NCBI GenBank assembly: GCA_045863395.1
Contig: BTVJ01000001.1
Location: forward strand, 320,001-384,000
Length of the DNA stretch: 64,000 bases
Source: Myxococcales bacterium
GTDB lineage: Bacteria > Myxococcota_A > UBA9042 > JABWCM01 > BTVJ01
Direction of reading: 5' to 3'
The notes beneath the pieces are model-generated. The model had not been told where the DNA came from and searched no databases. It saw only the letters and a list, made by a program, of their open reading frames with translations. A program made the translations under genes and the position numbers. The number at the start of each line of letters is the position of its first letter. The first letter of the stretch is position 1. Below, one piece after another: positions 58,884 through 64,000 of this stretch.

Positions 58884-60839
58884 CTAGAGGCGAAAGAACT
58901 GCCTGATCTTCTTGATGATTGTGTCCTGCTCATCGGCGAGGTGGCGAGAGGCGTCGGCGTCGCGTTGACGGCTGGAACGTGCGTCCAGGGAGGCCCGCCT
59001 CTCGGCGAGGACCTTGCCGATGGCGGCGATCAGCTCCTCGTTGGCTGCGATGATCGAGAGGAAGGCCCCCCGGTCGATGACGTGAAGGCGGGTATCGCGG
59101 GTGGCCACCACCGTCGCCGTGCGGCTCTCGCCCGTCATCAGCGACATCTCACCGAAGAACTGACCCGCCCCGAGGGTCGCCACCACATGGTCCTGGGCGG
59201 CGCTGGCGACGCGGACCTGGACCTCGCCCTCCGCCACCACATAGAACGAATCGCCCTGGTCGCCCTGGCGGATGATCACCTCTCCGCGGGCGTAGCCGCA
59301 CGTCCGAGCACGCCGAGCGAGCTCGTCTCGCTCGTGCTCGGACAGGGGCGCGAGGAACGGCACGTCGTCCAGGGCTGCCCGGCGACGGCCCACCTCTCCT
59401 CGCTCGACGTCCCGCGCGTTGTCGGGGGCGGCGCTGAAGACGTTGATGTCCTGGACCGGGAAGGGGATTCGGATCCCGTCGCGGCGAAGCTGGTACCAGA
59501 TACGGCCGAGCACCTGGTCTTCGATGGGCTCGCGCTCGCGAAACGCGTCGATGAAGAAGTAGACGCGATAGATGATGCAGTAGTCGAGGTACTCGACGAT
59601 GAGCACCTGAGGGCTGGGATCGTGCAGGACCCCGGGGACGTCGCGGATACCCGCAAGGATCGACTCCTTCGCAGTGTTTGGCGCCACGTCGTAGGGGAGC
59701 CCGAGCTTCACCTTGCGGCGGTGGGTGGGGGTGGGTGCGCTGAAGTTGATCAGCGGCTCGCGCGTGAGGACGTTGTTCGGGATGACCACCACGTCTCGAT
59801 GGGCCGTCAGGATCTTGGTCGTGCGCCAGTTGATCTCTACGACCTGGCCGGTCTGCTCCCGGAACTGGATGAACTCCCCCACCTCGAAGGGCTTCTCGAC
59901 CTGGATGGCGAGACCCGAGATGATGCTCGACAGCGTCTCCTGGAGGGCGAAGCCGATGATCGCGGTCAGGACCGCCGATGTGGTCAGGATGGAGGTCAGG
60001 TTGACCCCAGCCTTGCCCAGCACGAGGATCAACGTGACCACATAGATCACGATCATACCGATGTCGCGGAGGATGACCGGCATCTCTACGCGGCGGTAGC
60101 GCCCCAGGAACACGTCCACGACGCCGACGACAAGTGCCTGGATGGCCCCGAGCACGAGCACGAAGAGGCTTACGAAGTAGAGGACTTGATACACCTCGGG
60201 CCACGCCAGCCGGGCGAGGACCACAAGCACGAAGAGCCCCAGATACGCGATGAGGATGTTGGCTGGCGTCCGCAGCCGAGCGGCCGCAGGCTCATGGCGA
60301 AGGAGGAACCGCACGAGGACGGTCCCCAGCAGGAAGACGAGCGCAAAGACGAGGCCTGCGGAGATTGGGCGGATCTCGCGCAGCACACGCGTGAACAGTG
60401 AGGGGCGGGGCTCCATCAATCGCCCGAAGAGGGCGCGGTCCTTTGCCAGCCACTCGACGAGGGGCGAGATCCAGGGCTCGTCGAAGGCTCGGCGAGCGAG
60501 CCGCACGGACGCCTCCGGCGCGCGGCGGGTGACTGCGAGGGTGGTCGTGGGTGTTTCCCTGTGCGGCTCCCGGCGGGTGAGGCGATCCTCACGGCCTTGG
60601 GTGCGCAAGCGCTGGGGTTGGGCAGGCGCGAGTGCCGGCGGGGTGAGGACGTCGGGCGCCGAGTCGGCGTCAGCATCCGCGGGGGCGGAGGCTGACGAGC
60701 CGGGGGTAGCCGCATCCACGCGCTCCGCCGCGTCGAGCGACGCCCCTGCGTCGAGAGGCTGCCCGGCAGTGTCCGAAGCGAGGGCCACCAGCAGCGCGCA
60801 CCAGAGAGCCTTCGGCACCCACCCGAGTCGTCCCACCAT
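58884..60839 (-). CDS. MscS family mechanosensitive channel with cNMP-binding domain
   Basis: IGFALQETLSSIISG, KPFEVGE, INWRTT, IPN, IPFP, then IIRQGDQGDSFY, FFGEMSLMTGESRTATV. Start uncertain. Confidence 0.9.
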   Translation of the reverse strand: MVGRLGWVPKALWCALLVALASDTAGQPLDAGASLDAAERVDAATPGSSASAPADADADSAPDVLTPPALAPAQPQRLRTQGREDRLTRREPHRETPTTTLAVTRRAPEASVRLARRAFDEPWISPLVEWLAKDRALFGRLMEPRPSLFTRVLREIRPISAGLVFALVFLLGTVLVRFLLRHEPAAARLRTPANILIAYLGLFVLVVLARLAWPEVYQVLYFVSLFVLVLGAIQALVVGVVDVFLGRYRRVEMPVILRDIGMIVIYVVTLILVLGKAGVNLTSILTTSAVLTAIIGFALQETLSSIISGLAIQVEKPFEVGEFIQFREQTGQVVEINWRTTKILTAHRDVVVIPNNVLTREPLINFSAPTPTHRRKVKLGLPYDVAPNTAKESILAGIRDVPGVLHDPSPQVLIVEYLDYCIIYRVYFFIDAFREREPIEDQVLGRIWYQLRRDGIRIPFPVQDINVFSAAPDNARDVERGEVGRRRAALDDVPFLAPLSEHERDELARRARTCGYARGEVIIRQGDQGDSFYVVAEGEVQVRVASAAQDHVVATLGAGQFFGEMSLMTGESRTATVVATRDTRLHVIDRGAFLSIIAANEELIAAIGKVLAERRASLDARSSRQRDADASRHLADEQDTIIKKIRQFFRL

Positions 60840-61154
60840 CCACGCTCCAGCGGCTTGGCGAGCGCCTCTCTTCAGGCCGCACCCTGGCCGCCCCGGACGC
60901 ACCCGCAGCGTCGTGGCCAGCGTGCCACCTTGCCCGCGCAGCTTCCTATACCGCGCTCGGCTGCATCCCGCAACGACGACGTGGCTCGGCGCTGGACTTG
61001 GACATCCTATGAGAGCTGACGTAGGCTATCGCGTCCGCGCGCCGGCGGGTCGGTGGCGGAGCAGTCGAGGAATACACGCTGCGCCACTCGGGCGCCAGCG
61101 CACCCCAAGGAGGGGGTCGCCCGCCAAGCGACCCTACCCCACACGGATGGAAGC

Positions 61155-61982
61155 ATGACCAGCAGGAATGAGCAGGCCCGCCGGGGCCAGAGCCAGGGGC
61201 ATCACTCCAGGGAGGTGCTCCGGCGCCCTGGCTCGCCAGAGCACCGACCCTACGACGCCAAGACTCCTGGGACGCCCCGGCCGGACGTCACCATCGTCAT
61301 CCCGGTATACAACGAGGCTGGGCTCCTGTCGTCCTCTGTGGTCGACCTGGTCGAGCGCATGCGGGACCTGGACGTCACCTACGAGCTCATCATCACAGAG
61401 AACGGCAGCGTGGATGACACGCTGGAGCTGGCCTACGCTTTGGAGCGCAAGTATCCCCAGCTCCGCGTCCTGCACTCCGGAGAGCCGAACTACGGCAAGG
61501 CGCTGCGCCGCGGCATCATGGAGGCGCGAGGCGAGTTCGTGATCTGCGACGAGATCGACATCTGTGACACGGACTTCTACCGGCGAGCCCTCGCGGTGCT
61601 GCTCAACGAGCAAGCCGACATGGTCGTCGGCTCGAAGCTGCACGCCGACGCGCAGGACAAGCGCCCGCCGTTTCGCCGCTTCGCCAGCCGGGTGATCAAC
61701 TTCATGCTGCAGGTGTTCCTGGACTTCCACGGTACCGACACACACGGCCTCAAGGCCTTCCACCGGGAGCGCCTCCTGGCAACGGTGAACCAGTGCGTCG
61801 TGGATCGGGACCTCTTTGCCTCGGAGTTCGTCATCCGGGCCGAGCGCTCGCGCTTCCGGGTGCTCGAGGTTCCCGTCGAGATTGCGGAGAAGCGGGCGCC
61901 CTCCATCAAGCTCGTGAGCCGCGTGCCCAACGTGCTGAAGAACCTGGCTCGGCTGGTCTGGGTCATCCGTGTGAAGGCTTGA
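61155..61982 (+). CDS. GT2 glycosyltransferase (polyprenol-phosphate glycosyltransferase, DPM1/ArnC-like)
   Basis: IVIPVYNE, ENGSVDDT, YGKALRRG, CDEID, VVGSK, DTHGLKAF. Confidence 0.88.
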   Translation: MTSRNEQARRGQSQGHHSREVLRRPGSPEHRPYDAKTPGTPRPDVTIVIPVYNEAGLLSSSVVDLVERMRDLDVTYELIITENGSVDDTLELAYALERKYPQLRVLHSGEPNYGKALRRGIMEARGEFVICDEIDICDTDFYRRALAVLLNEQADMVVGSKLHADAQDKRPPFRRFASRVINFMLQVFLDFHGTDTHGLKAFHRERLLATVNQCVVDRDLFASEFVIRAERSRFRVLEVPVEIAEKRAPSIKLVSRVPNVLKNLARLVWVIRVKA

Positions 61983-62896
61983 CGAGAACTGCCCAGCCCC
62001 GCGTGGCCTCCGTATCGGTGGACATCGACGGCCTCCACCTCTACCACCGCATCCACGGCCTCCCTGAGCCACAGGGGGGCCCGTCCGTTTACGAGACGGG
62101 TGTGCAACGGTTCCTGGAGCTCTTCGCTCGCCACGGGGTCAGGGGGACGTTCTTCGTCGTAGGAGAGGACACCGCCGACCCCCGCGCGCGACGGGTACTG
62201 GAGGACGCAGTCAGGGCGGGGCACGAGCTCGCGAGCCACTCCTTCTCGCACCCTTACGACCTGTCCCTGCGCTCCCCGGAGGCCATCGTTCAGGAGCTCG
62301 CACGCACCGAGGAGGCCATCGCGGAGATCGCTGGCCGACGCCCGAGCGGATTCCGCGCACCGGGGTATAACATCAGCCCGGCGCTCCTGAACGCACTCAG
62401 GAGGCGCGAGTATGCCTACGACTCGTCGGCGTTTCCCTGCCCGGCCTACTACCTGGCCAAGGCCGCGGTGATCGGCGCCTACCGCCTTCGCGGGCGCCCG
62501 ACCCACTCGATCGCCGGAGATCCCCGCGCCATGTTCGCGCCCAGGCTGCCCTACCGCCACAGCTCCTCGGGCGAAGGCCTGCTCGAGCTACCGATGACCG
62601 TTGTGCCGGGACTGCGCCTCCCCGTCATCGGGACCTCCCTGATCATGATGGGGCGGAAGGGTTGGAGGCTGGTCAGGCGGTGGTTGCAGTCGGTATCGTT
62701 CATCAACGTCGAGTTTCACGCGATCGACCTGACCGATCACGTGGGCGACGGGATCGATGACGCGCTGTTGTCCCAACCGGACCAGCGGGTCACCCTCGAC
62801 AAGAAGCTGGAGGTCTTCGACGCGGTCGTCGGAGATCTCGTTCGCGGCTGGGACGTGACCCCCCTGGACCGGGTGGCCCGCCTCTGGGCCGACTGA
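61979..62896 (+). CDS. Polysaccharide deacetylase family protein
   Basis: SVDIDG, GTFFVVG, GHELASHSFSH, GFRAPGY, YDSS, ELP, EFHAIDL. TTG start overlaps the GT2 stop. Confidence 0.88.
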   Translation: MTRTAQPRVASVSVDIDGLHLYHRIHGLPEPQGGPSVYETGVQRFLELFARHGVRGTFFVVGEDTADPRARRVLEDAVRAGHELASHSFSHPYDLSLRSPEAIVQELARTEEAIAEIAGRRPSGFRAPGYNISPALLNALRRREYAYDSSAFPCPAYYLAKAAVIGAYRLRGRPTHSIAGDPRAMFAPRLPYRHSSSGEGLLELPMTVVPGLRLPVIGTSLIMMGRKGWRLVRRWLQSVSFINVEFHAIDLTDHVGDGIDDALLSQPDQRVTLDKKLEVFDAVVGDLVRGWDVTPLDRVARLWAD

Positions 62897-62932
62897 TGGC
62901 GAGCGCTGCTCGCGTACTCAAGGAGCCGATGC

Positions 62933-64000
62933 ATGAACATGCGCACTCTGGCAATGACAGCGCTCGCGATGGGGCTTGCGACTGCCTGCGCGTCCGAGTC
63001 GACTGACAGCGATACGGGCGGGATTGGCACTGACACGCAGGTCGCTGACTCCGGCTCCGGGGACGGTGACAGTGGCGCGGGGAGCGACATACAGGGCGGA
63101 GACGACACGGCGACGGGCGACGACACCGCCATGGACGTCGGCGGGGACACGGGCGCGCCCGAAGACGTCGGTGGAGACACGGGCGGCGGATCCGGTGCCG
63201 TCGTGATCAACGAGGTCGCTCCCAACCCCGTGGCTCCGGGCGAGGACTGGGTCGAGCTTTTCAACCCGGGCAGCGTGGCGGTCGACATCTCGGGGTGGAC
63301 GATGACGGACGACGACCCGCTGCACATCTACGAGTTCCCGGCGGGCACGGTCGTTCAGCCCGGCGCGTACCTGCTCCTGAACAGGGGCGAGATCGGCTCC
63401 TTCGACTTCGGTTTGGGGACAGACGACGCGGTGTTCCTCTACTCGGGGAGCAAGAACCTCGAGGCGTTCTCCGACTGGGGCGATGGCGACGCACCCCAGG
63501 GGGCGAGCTGGGGTCGCTTCCCGAATGGCTCCGGCCCATTCAAGACCCTGCTGACCCCGACCCCGGGCGCGGCCAACGTGGACTCGGCGCAGCCCGTCTG
63601 CAGCAACGACCTCATCGAGTTTGGCGAGGTCTGTGACGGTACGGACCTTGGCGACGCGACCTGCGAGGGCCTGGGCTTCGTCGGCGGCACGCTCGCGTGC
63701 GCCTCGGACTGCTCCGCCCTGAGCACGGCCGGGTGTACCCTCGCTCCGGGCTCCGTGGTGGTGAACGAGGTGGTCGCTGCCGACGGCGCTGGGGGGCCTG
63801 ACTGGATCGAGCTGAAGAACGTCGGTAGCGCCGCCGTTGACCTCGGTGGCTGGGCCGTGACCGACTCGGATCCGGTCCACGTGGCGACCATCCCAGCAGG
63901 GACCGTTCTGGAGGCGGGGTCCTATCTGCTGCTGATTCAAGACGAACCCGGGTCCTTTGCGTTTGGCCTTGGCAGCGCGGACGCCGTCAACCTCCACAAC
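62933..64000 (+). CDS. Lamin tail domain (LTD) lipoprotein, 3' partial
   Basis: AGGAG RBS, MNMRTLAMTALAMGLATAC lipobox, Asp/Gly linker, two LTDs (VVINEV...DWVELFN...DISGW; VVVNEV...DWIELKN) around a Cys module. No stop in the window, so it is missing from the ORF track. Confidence 0.88.
   Translation, partial: MNMRTLAMTALAMGLATACASESTDSDTGGIGTDTQVADSGSGDGDSGAGSDIQGGDDTATGDDTAMDVGGDTGAPEDVGGDTGGGSGAVVINEVAPNPVAPGEDWVELFNPGSVAVDISGWTMTDDDPLHIYEFPAGTVVQPGAYLLLNRGEIGSFDFGLGTDDAVFLYSGSKNLEAFSDWGDGDAPQGASWGRFPNGSGPFKTLLTPTPGAANVDSAQPVCSNDLIEFGEVCDGTDLGDATCEGLGFVGGTLACASDCSALSTAGCTLAPGSVVVNEVVAADGAGGPDWIELKNVGSAAVDLGGWAVTDSDPVHVATIPAGTVLEAGSYLLLIQDEPGSFAFGLGSADAVNLHN

Overview
Very GC-rich bacterial chromosomal segment with a gene repertoire typical of Myxococcota/deltaproteobacteria (inferred from the pilBTCSR-pilA-pilGHI order, a DUF1592/DUF1552 pair, Cys-rich lipoproteins and PEGA/Kelch proteins). 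About 50 genes can be supported. The core is a type IVa pilus locus (pilB-pilT-pilC-pilS-pilR, a sigma54-driven pilA, pilG/pilH/pilI) next to dprA-topA-trmFO. The best candidate for an undescribed system is a putative pilin glycosylation module built into that locus. Two divergent paralogous polytopic membrane proteins with GT-C/STT3-like motifs lie between pilA and pilG, and an ArnA-like NDP-sugar dehydrogenase/epimerase plus a DegT/ArnB-like aminotransferase are translationally coupled between pilG and pilH. The pilin carries two N-X-S/T sequons. Other notable items are a 70-bp near-perfect AT-rich palindrome ending the pil operon, a structured pilA leader with two alternative pairings, a metzincin-like effector paired with a possible emfourin-like inhibitor beside a TA module, a textbook FadR operator, a tandem alpha-carbonic anhydrase lipoprotein with a His-rich tether, arsR-arsM with twin operators, and a fibre-like adhesin with two fibrinogen-like heads. 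I saw no rRNA, tRNA, CRISPR array, integrase or transposase. All calls come from reading motifs by eye; no database search was run and many start codons are best guesses.
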